Positions 8,401 to 17,234 of a DNA stretch of 42,915 bases are shown here, piece after piece (the stretch's first letter is position 1; the number at the start of each line of letters is the position of its first letter). A model generated the notes under the pieces. The model worked only from the letters and a program-made list of their open reading frames with translations, ran no database searches and had not been told where the DNA came from. Made by a program: the position numbers and the translations under genes. The stretch is from a virus. Its lineage: Duplodnaviria > Caudoviricetes. Location: the IMG/VR virus record IMGVR_UViG_3300033480_000007, positions 1 to 42,915 of that record; one strand, written 5' to 3'.

Positions 8401-11400
8401 CTTTGGTTGAGCTTAATCCTTTTTTTGACCATTCGGGGCCAATACGGACAGCATCATTTGGAAATAGTTCGAGTAAAGTTCCCTTTAGGTTATCGGCGTT
8501 CCAACTCCCAGCATCACGCAACCGCAATGGGTTTTTGATGGATAGATACACTGGAATCAATCGCGGATTGGTATAATCACTACCGAATTTATTGGTATAG
8601 CTCACACGGTCATTGGCTTGACCAGCATCACCAAAGTGAATACCAATATCACCGGGGCTGCGTTTGAAACTTTCAAAGTCTACCTCGGTTTGCGTTCCAT
8701 GATAAACCACCAGCGGCTTACCCTCTGCATCAACTACCTTGCTGTCACCGAACCACCGCTTGAATGCTGGCGTTTCTGTCTGGTTAATTTTGCTATATGC
8801 TGGCTCTATACCAACAGACTCAGTGCCACTAGCAGCCTCCATCTTTCCACTCGCCAAATCCTTCATATTGGATTTTGCCAGAGCAACATAATCATCAATA
8901 CTAAGGTCTTTCGCACCAAGCCAGATGTTGTTCTTGTACATCGCAGCACGCACGTTAGCCACCCACTGCTTGAGAATATTTACAACATGTTCAGGAAGTG
9001 CTTTCTGCGCCCAACCCCAAAATCCAGTATCAATGCGCGAATGGCCTGCTGTCTTACCCATCTTCATTGCTTCTTCTACAATGTAACTGGTTGCCTCAGA
9101 TGAGTTTCCAGTCTCTCCTGCTGCTTCCATGCGTGCGCGAACACGAGAGTATATATCACCAGTGCCTGAGTTAGATGATTTGCTGAATAACGGCAAGCCT
9201 TCTATCAATACCTGTTCGCGCAGTTCTGGGGTGATGGTGAAGCCTTGCTGTGCAGGCAAAGACTCAGCTGGTGGAGTTGGCACAACTTTTGCACCCTCGT
9301 GTTCTCTCGCAACTGCCCACGCTTGACTATCGTGGTCTGTTCGGAGAATTAGTTCACCTTCTGCCCCAAGTACGTCGAGCGTTCGTTGTTCTGTGGTTAG
9401 CGGAAGACTGACACTCTCAACTTTCACTCCACCAAGCTTCTTCAGAATATCATTTGCTACTTGCGGTACGATCTGGTCGTAGTAGCCTTTCATGCCTTCG
9501 CCGCCTACTTTTAGATCAAGGCCAGATAGCACTTTACTTTGCGCGTCATCGCCGCCAGAATGGCCTTCACCAGCCACAATCTTTTTGGCAACATCTTTTC
9601 CGACAACATCTTCAAGCTCGCTCTCGGAGAATATCTTCTTTGGCGTGGAGACGCGCGCACCGTTTTTGTCAGTGACAATCAGGTGGTATCCCTCTTCTTT
9701 GTAACCGTCTTCTTTGCGATATTTTACATAGTCAATACTATCAATTTGCTTGCTCAAGTCATATCGCTCTGCCTGTTGCTCGCCGGTAGTCCATGCGATA
9801 CGGTCAAAGCCGTTTTCACTCGCGTAGCGAATCATCCGTTTCAGTGCGAGCGCAGTCCATGATTTTGTGTCTGAGACAAAGGGAGCAGCAGGAACAGGAA
9901 CTTTGCGATTTGCTAAATCTAATTGAGTTGCGCCTTTGGTTGAACCAAATCCTTGGCGTTTACCTTGTTGCCCCCAATCAGATTGAATTTCTTCAATGAA
10001 GAGAACTTTGTTTCCGTTCGCTTCTGTGCGCTCGTTGAAGCGGATATGGGCGAGGATGTTCGGCTGGTCGTAGTGGGATGATTGGAATTGCTCAGATCGT
10101 TTCTGCTCCGTGTAGTTTGCAGCAACATCTGCACGTTCAGCGTGAAGCTCTTTATACCGTTCTGGTGTTGTATCTGAGCGACCCATCTCATCGGCTATAG
10201 TTTGTAGCTTTTGAGCCTTAGTCTGGATGCTCTTCGTGGCTGGCAACGTCAGCAGCAACTCGCGGTAGTTCTCGCCTCCGGGTAGCTGGTAACTCTCGAA
10301 TTTCACAGCATCACCAGTATCTGCTCCCGCGAGGTCGTAATTCTGCGGTGCTTCTCTATACGCTCTGCGCGCCTCACCCAAGGTGTCAAACCCTAGCAAG
10401 TCTGCACTCCTGAGTGCATTATCGAGTGCTTCTCCCTCTAGCTTACCGCCAAGTGTCACTTCCTCGACCCGTACTCCGCCTTGCTCAAGAAAGGCCACCA
10501 CGTCCTGCTTGCTGACTTTGCCCTGTGCTTCCAGCCAGTCGTTGATGCCAGACCAGTAAATCTCGTCCTTCTTCACGCCTAGCTTTGGAGCGTTTGAGTT
10601 CAGCCACAGCTTTAGGTTTTTTCCTGTGGTGAATAATTTATCAGGCGCTGAGTCTATTGCTTTTGCAAGCTGAGAGTATAGACCAAGCTCATTCTTTGAT
10701 ACGCTCTTTTGCATTGCACCAGTTTGATTTTCTACAGACTCCATCCCAAGCAAGCGCAAGCTATTCTCATTCAGTGCCTTGCTTTGTGGTGTGTTGTCTG
10801 CCATGTGCATTATTTCATGCAGCACAACAGCAGGAACATCATTGGAATTAATGCGGTCTGTATTTACAAAAGCAGTGCCAAGTTCAGGATGATAGAACCC
10901 ACTGGTGAATGTTCTATCACCAGTTGATACGTCTTTGCTCAATGGTACAACAGATGGAGTTATAACTTTCCATCCTTGCGAGTCGTTCTGGACTCTACCA
11001 CCATATTCAGATGCAATCCTGTGAGCGTCTGCTTCATCGCGTGCGCGAATTTCAGATAGCATGCCAGAGGATTTCTGTATGAATGCCTGATGTATGTCTG
11101 ATTCACCAAAACGCTGCGGATAGGTGATTTCACGAACATCAAAAATTTCAGATATGAACGGTTCGCCAGTGCGCTTCTTGCTGTATCCAAGCACAGAATC
11201 ATAACCAGCCTTACGCACTTCATGTGCTACAATATTTTCCTGAACGGCATACGGCAATGTGTTACCCATGCGGCTGTTATGCACAATCTCAGCAGCGTTG
11301 CGCTGGTCAGCACCATAGCGTTTTAGCATTTCACGCACGTTATCAATTTTTTGCGATGTGTCTTTGCCAAATCCAACCGTAGCGTTTAGAACATCATTGC

Positions 11401-14400
11401 GCATATTTCGATACGCACCTTTACCAAGCAAGCTATCATAAGCAGCCTCTGGTGCTTTCCCGCCAGTAGCTCCCTTAACAAATAATGGAGCGCGTAGCAA
11501 GGTTGTATCCTGATATTTTTCTGTTCCTCCGTATCCTGTTTTGCCTGTTGCGTAAAATTTTGCGTTAGCAGAACCAGTAGGCAAGTAAAACACGCCAGTG
11601 CGAATAGAGGTAGCACCTTCCTGCTCCGGTTTCTGAAAGCGCGTAACATTTAGCAATACGCCATGCTCTGTGATGGATGCGCCGGGAGTATTGGAAACTG
11701 CCTGCTTGAATTCTGGAATATCAGGAATCTTGGTTGTGATATTGGTTTTCATTGCCTGCGCAGGTGTAATGCTGTTCTGCACTGCATCTGCAATAGCTTT
11801 GCGCTCCATATCAACATCAGTGCCGTGCTTCTGCGCCATCATCTGCGCAGCACGGTCAATATTTGATTGCTGATCGCCAAATACCAGACCACCGCGCTTG
11901 CCTTGTGCTGCGCGTTCAAGCATCTGTTGTGCTGCTTTGCGCATGCCTGATGGCATGGAAGCAAGAGCTTTTGCTGGATTTGTATTGTGTGCGCGTTGTG
12001 CTGCAAACTGAGATTCTTCGCGTGGCAATACAGAGCGTTGCACGTCAGGCTTGACGATCTTTGCTGCATCACCAAGCAATACTGCGGCTCCATGTTTACC
12101 AAAGAATCCTTTGACATAATAACCATCAAATCCGTGGTCAAGTACCGCACTCTCAAACTTGTTACCACCATCCAGTGCAGGCGAAGGCAGCTTTAGTGGA
12201 TTGGTCGTTCCATCATACAAATTATTAAGTAGCACTGTATGTTTGACATATCCCACACCAGATTCCGGTATAACTCCTTTGCCTTCGTCAACATAGAATG
12301 CAATGCGATTTTTCAGGCGTGAATCACTTGTGTTCATCAGTCTTGCGCGTTCTGCACCGGGCATGCCAGTACCAAACTTGCTGCCTAGTATTTCTTCGCG
12401 TCTAACATTTGAGAAGTGTGTTCCGGTCATTGGAGGAACTTCGCCTGCCTTTAATGCCTCTGCTGTAGGGTGAGTTCCTTCTGGAGTCAAGAAATATTCT
12501 GGATTAAACGGCTTCCATTCATGCGCAGCAGGCCCGTATAGCTCTCCCTTGCCATGCACGATTTGCGCAATAGCTTGCTGCTTCAAGTCTGCACTGAATT
12601 TTGTTGCTTCTGCTGGCGTTAGTGGGCGCGATAGTGATGCAGAAAAAGTTTGCTCAGTATCTGATTGATGAATGGCGGAGCGCGTTACTTGCACGCCAAG
12701 CTTATCAAGTTCTGCGCGTACTTGCTGCTCAGTCAATGGTGGAGAATTTTCACCACCAACCTCAGTGGTGTTTAGTCCTACATTGATTAAATTTTCTTTG
12801 GCTTGTTCGCCAGCATTCCGGTTGCCTTCTCCGGTAGATTCATTCCCTTGCTGGCTGCGTTGAATTCCGCCAGTTTTTTGGCTCCCAACTTCTCCGGGTG
12901 CGCGTTCAGAAACGCCTGCTGCTTTCTGCTCTTGAATGGCATTTTTTTCTCCTATTGTGACTCCGGGAGGTTGCTCTCCACGTTCAGCACGTAATCCAAG
13001 TCTGGTTTGCTCAACTTTGTGCAACAACATCTTGGAGTCTGCTTCATGCAGTGTTGCCCCAAGTCCATAACTAAAACCAAGACCTTTTACGGTAATCTGC
13101 TTGCCGTTTACTGCTCCGGTAATGGTTGCATCTTTGAGTGCATCTTGAGCGCGATGTAACGCATTGGTAACGTCAGTGGCTGTATGCCCCTGTACAACCA
13201 ATTCATCACCACTCACATGATAGGCTTCTGGAGTTTCTGCGGATAGCGCACGCGCAACTTTTTGCAGCAATTCATCTCCTGCCGCATGCCCCATATTATC
13301 GTTAATCCACTTTAGGCTGTTTACGTCAATGGATGCTTGGATAGGGAGTTTTGTAGACCATTCGTATGCGCGATTATTTTTGATTCCGCTTTTTTGATTG
13401 AGCAGCAATGCATCATATTGTTCTTCCTGCGACATGGCGGCAATACGGGCGCGATTATCCAGCAATGCACGGCGCTCTGCATTGCGATGTTCTTCTGATA
13501 CAGCCTCATTATGATTGCGCCTGCCTGTCAGTTCGGAAGCAAGTCCGGTTCCTTGTATTCCGGGTTCTCCATTCTCAGGTAATCCGGTGGCGTGCTGAAC
13601 CGTGGCGTTTTCCTGTGCCACAGCGTTACCTTTTCCAGCAAGTCCATTATCTGATTGTACTGGTTCGGCGTTAGCAGCCACTCCGATGCTGGATTCTCCT
13701 GATTGTGCATGACCGCCAATTCCCTGAACAGCAGCAGTTGGTATTCCCTCTCCGTTATTATCTGCTCTAGGTACGCCTTGCGCAATATCTTCGGCTCGTA
13801 CATTTCCAGTTGCGTTGTCATTTTGCACCTCCTGTAACTTGCTTGTCGCTTCGTTAAGAATGGCTTGACTTGCCTGCGTTGCTTCATCTACGGTTTGTGC
13901 TGCATTTATTTTATCTGCTGTGGTAGCATCCAGTGCGCGTATGTCTTGCAATATATCAGAAACTGATGTGGTTGGCAAGGCTGGTTGAACGATCACTGGC
14001 TTGCGCATGAACTGTTGTAGTTTACCAGCACCAATACCAGCAGCCTTAAATGCCACGCCAACAGCACCAAACATGGCGGCAGTGTTACCAATCTGTTGTG
14101 GTTGTATGTTGCCTTCAAGAGCCTCAGTAGCAGCCTCGCCAGTAGCTCCTATCGCTGCTCCACGAGCAGCAGTTTCAGCAATCTTAACTGCGGCTCCAGC
14201 CTTGGCAACAGCAGCAGCCATTTTAGCTGGAGCGGCTTCCCATAATGCCGGGAATAATAACTCAGGGTCAGCAGCCAATCCTTTACCAAAACCAATTACC
14301 GCATCCAATGGGTGCGTAGCCAGTTGCTCACCCATAGCTTTCAGAGATTCAATCACTCCCGGCGTTTGTTGTTCTGGTGGTAATTGAGATTTTAAGAGCG

Positions 14401-14854
14401 CGTCAGTCTTGGCTATTTCATCTGGTGTCAAGGTAAGCTTTGCGGCTTCCTCACCCAATACTTTAGCACCACGTCCTAACCAGCCAGTAGCATAAAATGG
14501 CTGTTCTTCTGGTACTGGTTGCGCAGATTTAACTGGTAAAGCAGGAGTATTACCCAAAACCTGTTCGGTTTGATCTATGGCCTTCGCTGCTGCCTTTGTT
14601 GGGATGGCTGGCTCTGGTACTACGTTCTTGCCATTTGCGTTCGCCACAGCGTTGTATGCGTTGTTTACGGCTGTGTCCTGACCGGCTGGCGTAATGCTCA
14701 TGTCTTGATTTACGTCAATCTTTGGTGCGCGTTGCTGCGCAAGTTCTTCTGGAGATAAGAGCCAGTCAGACGGAACTTTTGCTGCAATATCTGCGCGAGT
14801 AGTGCCTTCTGGCACTCCTGTCAGAATTTTACCTGATGGTAATTGAATATCCAT
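5471..14854 (-). CDS. Giant polyvalent internal virion/ejection protein (GGDEF-like, SAM-lyase-like, ART-like x3, zincin, FIEEIQSD domain)
   Basis: 3127 aa at the end of the ejection-gene block; motifs INDNMGHAAGD/SGDEL, HEIMH, VVYHGT..GYDG..QIKSA. Confidence 0.85.
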   Translation of the reverse strand: MDIQLPSGKILTGVPEGTTRADIAAKVPSDWLLSPEELAQQRAPKIDVNQDMSITPAGQDTAVNNAYNAVANANGKNVVPEPAIPTKAAAKAIDQTEQVLGNTPALPVKSAQPVPEEQPFYATGWLGRGAKVLGEEAAKLTLTPDEIAKTDALLKSQLPPEQQTPGVIESLKAMGEQLATHPLDAVIGFGKGLAADPELLFPALWEAAPAKMAAAVAKAGAAVKIAETAARGAAIGATGEAATEALEGNIQPQQIGNTAAMFGAVGVAFKAAGIGAGKLQQFMRKPVIVQPALPTTSVSDILQDIRALDATTADKINAAQTVDEATQASQAILNEATSKLQEVQNDNATGNVRAEDIAQGVPRADNNGEGIPTAAVQGIGGHAQSGESSIGVAANAEPVQSDNGLAGKGNAVAQENATVQHATGLPENGEPGIQGTGLASELTGRRNHNEAVSEEHRNAERRALLDNRARIAAMSQEEQYDALLLNQKSGIKNNRAYEWSTKLPIQASIDVNSLKWINDNMGHAAGDELLQKVARALSAETPEAYHVSGDELVVQGHTATDVTNALHRAQDALKDATITGAVNGKQITVKGLGFSYGLGATLHEADSKMLLHKVEQTRLGLRAERGEQPPGVTIGEKNAIQEQKAAGVSERAPGEVGSQKTGGIQRSQQGNESTGEGNRNAGEQAKENLINVGLNTTEVGGENSPPLTEQQVRAELDKLGVQVTRSAIHQSDTEQTFSASLSRPLTPAEATKFSADLKQQAIAQIVHGKGELYGPAAHEWKPFNPEYFLTPEGTHPTAEALKAGEVPPMTGTHFSNVRREEILGSKFGTGMPGAERARLMNTSDSRLKNRIAFYVDEGKGVIPESGVGYVKHTVLLNNLYDGTTNPLKLPSPALDGGNKFESAVLDHGFDGYYVKGFFGKHGAAVLLGDAAKIVKPDVQRSVLPREESQFAAQRAHNTNPAKALASMPSGMRKAAQQMLERAAQGKRGGLVFGDQQSNIDRAAQMMAQKHGTDVDMERKAIADAVQNSITPAQAMKTNITTKIPDIPEFKQAVSNTPGASITEHGVLLNVTRFQKPEQEGATSIRTGVFYLPTGSANAKFYATGKTGYGGTEKYQDTTLLRAPLFVKGATGGKAPEAAYDSLLGKGAYRNMRNDVLNATVGFGKDTSQKIDNVREMLKRYGADQRNAAEIVHNSRMGNTLPYAVQENIVAHEVRKAGYDSVLGYSKKRTGEPFISEIFDVREITYPQRFGESDIHQAFIQKSSGMLSEIRARDEADAHRIASEYGGRVQNDSQGWKVITPSVVPLSKDVSTGDRTFTSGFYHPELGTAFVNTDRINSNDVPAVVLHEIMHMADNTPQSKALNENSLRLLGMESVENQTGAMQKSVSKNELGLYSQLAKAIDSAPDKLFTTGKNLKLWLNSNAPKLGVKKDEIYWSGINDWLEAQGKVSKQDVVAFLEQGGVRVEEVTLGGKLEGEALDNALRSADLLGFDTLGEARRAYREAPQNYDLAGADTGDAVKFESYQLPGGENYRELLLTLPATKSIQTKAQKLQTIADEMGRSDTTPERYKELHAERADVAANYTEQKRSEQFQSSHYDQPNILAHIRFNERTEANGNKVLFIEEIQSDWGQQGKRQGFGSTKGATQLDLANRKVPVPAAPFVSDTKSWTALALKRMIRYASENGFDRIAWTTGEQQAERYDLSKQIDSIDYVKYRKEDGYKEEGYHLIVTDKNGARVSTPKKIFSESELEDVVGKDVAKKIVAGEGHSGGDDAQSKVLSGLDLKVGGEGMKGYYDQIVPQVANDILKKLGGVKVESVSLPLTTEQRTLDVLGAEGELILRTDHDSQAWAVAREHEGAKVVPTPPAESLPAQQGFTITPELREQVLIEGLPLFSKSSNSGTGDIYSRVRARMEAAGETGNSSEATSYIVEEAMKMGKTAGHSRIDTGFWGWAQKALPEHVVNILKQWVANVRAAMYKNNIWLGAKDLSIDDYVALAKSNMKDLASGKMEAASGTESVGIEPAYSKINQTETPAFKRWFGDSKVVDAEGKPLVVYHGTQTEVDFESFKRSPGDIGIHFGDAGQANDRVSYTNKFGSDYTNPRLIPVYLSIKNPLRLRDAGSWNADNLKGTLLELFPNDAVRIGPEWSKKGLSSTKDIREFLQSKGYDGVVYRNTGEVAGGERYAQEQSRATKAMIESQRRRGKPVSTYDQEDQKTPEYQAHKAAYEAYTKFREDNAKDSYIAFERTQIKSAIGNRGTFDAANTNIHKSIGVQSEPKEQASTKLGMLTTSEKRASDLKDALVNEFQMAVMPMAAGSAKYRAIAKDYANADRASRMQWSRFDAVLKNEYTQEQRQAMWEAADEQNVLMQLGLSTKGKGLDRLPADQRETMNTLHAYGEELLQRAKDTGMFKGEGLPYWTPRMAVMIGDDGEYSIPPRTGQNETGASVGRNITTTSPSLKQRKYLTSSETEAAMKGKFGEQATLVRDIRAMPMAMQRLERAIAGRELINQIRELGKNIGEDLISDGAQPGYFTLDHPAFKTYRPRMTEVDGKHVPVTDQNGEMVFDRVPLYMRDDLKGPLTAIMSESSGKVYQALMEFKGKTMTVIMYSPLIHNAVEFGRALPMLPGKVATFRVYFEGNVAKHDNAIMREAIGYGLVPIGHRYGLQDISGIMEEPNLKPGRSLTAKAIGGAVGLLHEGAGDAVKRGIDTAGDVWHNTLLWDRVADLQMGIYVNLKQMETAKLLKQGLTQEQAAGTAGHIAAHMANRYAGALPNESMSNMSRKITNLAFFSRSFTIGNLGVMKDVFTGLPRDVQAQIQRDYGDLALRAGKNIARRKAIGAFIIDIGLMYAMNSVMQDTFDYLKRDQSLSDIEQGYVERMNKLLHKTQENPLEVLNSPLDSAASLTTTSTNEPGKENRELYDYDKNGTGIYVRLPTGKIGEEFIGWTTEPLDMLKRKESTFLRPITQTATNDLGFGRRVYNPDDPGVAGAVRNVGKVVKNFMVQQIPTEALKSALHLAGNNGDETDAYKVLGPLLGLTFSKGAPGGPAVGEMYTANSQRRAAIADLMPEVNQKIKDGEIDAAVLQMANAGMTQSEIKLVITHQLTPGARLNSNAIKQFYKKATPEQRERMDAQLSK

Positions 14855-15534
14855 TATTTCAGGCTACCCCATTGCACTACATTTGAAGGTGCTGGCGCTC
14901 CACCGCCAAGCATCCCTGTGCTTGGAGGCTGCTGACCGGGTAATGCATATGCAGCTTGTACTTTGGCCTGTGCGGCAGTTTGTGCATTTTGTATGCTGGC
15001 TCCAGAATAAAGACCGGCAGCAGCCACACCACGATTAGCCTGACCACCAGCAGCAATTTGTGCCACTACAGCATTGCCTACATTCTTGGCAGCAATACCC
15101 TGTAATTGTCCCTCCACTTTATCGGCAGAATTATTTTCCGAAGCTGCGGCTTTGAGTATTTCATCACCACCAATCCAGCCATTATTCATCAGCGCATTAC
15201 CAGCCGCTACCGTATTGTCTTTGAGCGTTGCAACTTTCCATCCAGCTTTGCGCATTGCTGGAGTAAGCTGTGATTCATCAGACACCAGTTTTTGTTGTGC
15301 TAAAATCTTTGGTACATCAGTGGCGAGAGTTTCTTGCATGAGTGAGCGCATCTTGCTAGTCATAGCAAATTGCCTGCCCATCTTTGCTTGGTCATACATA
15401 TTCTGTACTTCCATATGTGACAGCTCAAGATTCTGAGCCGCGATCTGCTTGTTGGCTTCCGTCACGTTTTTATCGTCAGCAGCACCAGCACCAGATGCAG
15501 CACCAGCCAATATTGTTCCCAACATACTTACCAT
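14854..15534 (-). CDS. Putative internal virion/ejection protein
   Basis: Ala/Gly/Gln-rich; podovirus synteny; 1-nt overlaps with neighbours. Confidence 0.6.
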   Translation of the reverse strand: MVSMLGTILAGAASGAGAADDKNVTEANKQIAAQNLELSHMEVQNMYDQAKMGRQFAMTSKMRSLMQETLATDVPKILAQQKLVSDESQLTPAMRKAGWKVATLKDNTVAAGNALMNNGWIGGDEILKAAASENNSADKVEGQLQGIAAKNVGNAVVAQIAAGGQANRGVAAAGLYSGASIQNAQTAAQAKVQAAYALPGQQPPSTGMLGGGAPAPSNVVQWGSLK

Positions 15535-16055
15535 TATACACCCCCTTGTGCAAGCATGCCTGACGGTTGAGCAGATGGTTGTGGCGCTGCCTGTGCAGAT
15601 TGTTGTTCTGGTTGGGCCTGACCACTAACATGCTGTCCGAACTTCTGGTTGAATTTACTTTGCAAAACAGATGCAAGCAAGTGCGTTGCATCTGCGAATA
15701 TTGCATCAGTTACTTGAGCCGTACCAGTTGAATTCAAAAACTCACATACCTTGGCAAGCAGTAATGTACCTGCCGGTATGAGTGCGCCCTGCGGCATAGT
15801 TCCTTTGCTTTGCTGGAATAACACAAGCATGATGTTAGCAATATCAGTACCAAGCGCACTACCAATGTCTTGCTTCTGCTGCATCTGCTGTTCAAATCCT
15901 TGCACCATTTGTTCATGTGTCTGCGATGAAAAAATCATATGCATCCCTGCGTGATATACACGCATAATTACAGTCTGGTCATTCGCTGGAAGCTTTGGTA
16001 AAATTTGCTTTTCCAAAGCCTGTTCGGTAATCGTTAAGTTGCTTAAATTGCTCAT
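15534..16055 (-). CDS. Putative internal virion protein
   Basis: Coupled ORF in ejection block; Q/P-rich tail. Confidence 0.6.
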   Translation of the reverse strand: MSNLSNLTITEQALEKQILPKLPANDQTVIMRVYHAGMHMIFSSQTHEQMVQGFEQQMQQKQDIGSALGTDIANIMLVLFQQSKGTMPQGALIPAGTLLLAKVCEFLNSTGTAQVTDAIFADATHLLASVLQSKFNQKFGQHVSGQAQPEQQSAQAAPQPSAQPSGMLAQGGV

Positions 16056-16771
16056 GCTGTCCTCACCATTGCGGTTGTCGTTGGAGCCGCCAACATTCCG
16101 GTAGCAGTTGGATGAATATTGATGTTACTTGGCAACGAATTGGCATTTGTCTTGGCTGTATTGTATACGCTCTGATTGAATGCTAATTGATCTGCGGCAA
16201 TCTGTGCTTGCGTATCAGATGTAGTACGCGCAGCAACGGCAGTGCCAACGCCTTGCATAGCACCAGATAACAAACTATATTTCTGCAATTGTTGATTTGC
16301 TGCTGTGGCTGCATCTGCGCCACCTACTTTGCTGGCTATATCAGACACAGCATTTCCAGAGACTTGTGCATTAGATACATTAGCTACTGCTCCGGTGGTG
16401 TCACCACCAGATGTGGCTGCACCAGTAAGCTGGTCTGTGATAGATGTAGTATTTGCAGAAGATGCTGCATTAACAACACCAGCACCTTGCGCTGCATCAG
16501 AAGTAAGGCCGAAATGCTTTCCTATATCTGTCATGGTTGGCATGTTGCCACTCAGTCCAGCACCCAATGTTCCAGCAGCACCAATAAGCGCACCAGCTTG
16601 AGATAAATCCTTGCTGCCAGTCAGCGCACCAACCGTAGATAACGCACCGCCAACAATCATAGCACCAGCCTCAATGGTGGCAAGCATGGTGGTTGCGGCA
16701 CTCAATGCCGTTAGGCCAGCCGCTACCTCTCCAACCCCTACTACTGCTGCAACTACAGCTACTGCTGGCAT
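16052..16771 (-). CDS. Putative DNA ejection protein
   Basis: Hydrophobic Gly/Ala N-terminus; follows the GNAT gene as in P22-like gene order. Confidence 0.6.
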   Translation of the reverse strand: MPAVAVVAAVVGVGEVAAGLTALSAATTMLATIEAGAMIVGGALSTVGALTGSKDLSQAGALIGAAGTLGAGLSGNMPTMTDIGKHFGLTSDAAQGAGVVNAASSANTTSITDQLTGAATSGGDTTGAVANVSNAQVSGNAVSDIASKVGGADAATAANQQLQKYSLLSGAMQGVGTAVAARTTSDTQAQIAADQLAFNQSVYNTAKTNANSLPSNINIHPTATGMLAAPTTTAMVRTA

Positions 16772-16773
16772 AA

Positions 16774-17223
16774 TTATTCCCCTTTGCTAAAACCCAAGAT
16801 ATGCTGATCGTACAGCACACCGTTTTTTAAAAATGACTTGGTGTTAATGCCAATATCCTTGAAGCCTACACGATGCGCCAAAGCTAATGCAAGTATGTTG
16901 TAAGCTGGCACATTAGTAATAATTTTTTCGCACCTAGAATTCTGAAATAACCAATCAATTGCCAGTCGCCCTGCACGCATAGCTTTACCCCTAGCTGATG
17001 GCAAAAGCAATGTATGAGATTCATAGCATACCGAATTGTGTGGGTGAGCCATAAACACACCAAGCAATCCTGTTTCATCATAAGCAGCAAGCCAGTATAT
17101 TTCATCGCGCATATCAGGAAAATATAAATCTGCTGACGGACTGTTATCATCTGACACATAATCATAAACTGGAACTATACAATCCCATACAAGCTGTTCG
17201 TCAAATGTGCGTGCAATTTTCAT
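16774..17223 (-). CDS. GNAT-fold protein (P22 gp14/DUF2824-like)
   Basis: YESHTLLLPSARG, N..ALALAHRVGF..IG, SFLKNGVLYDQ. Confidence 0.8.
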   Translation of the reverse strand: MKIARTFDEQLVWDCIVPVYDYVSDDNSPSADLYFPDMRDEIYWLAAYDETGLLGVFMAHPHNSVCYESHTLLLPSARGKAMRAGRLAIDWLFQNSRCEKIITNVPAYNILALALAHRVGFKDIGINTKSFLKNGVLYDQHILGFSKGE

Positions 17224-17234
17224 ATTATGTTTAA

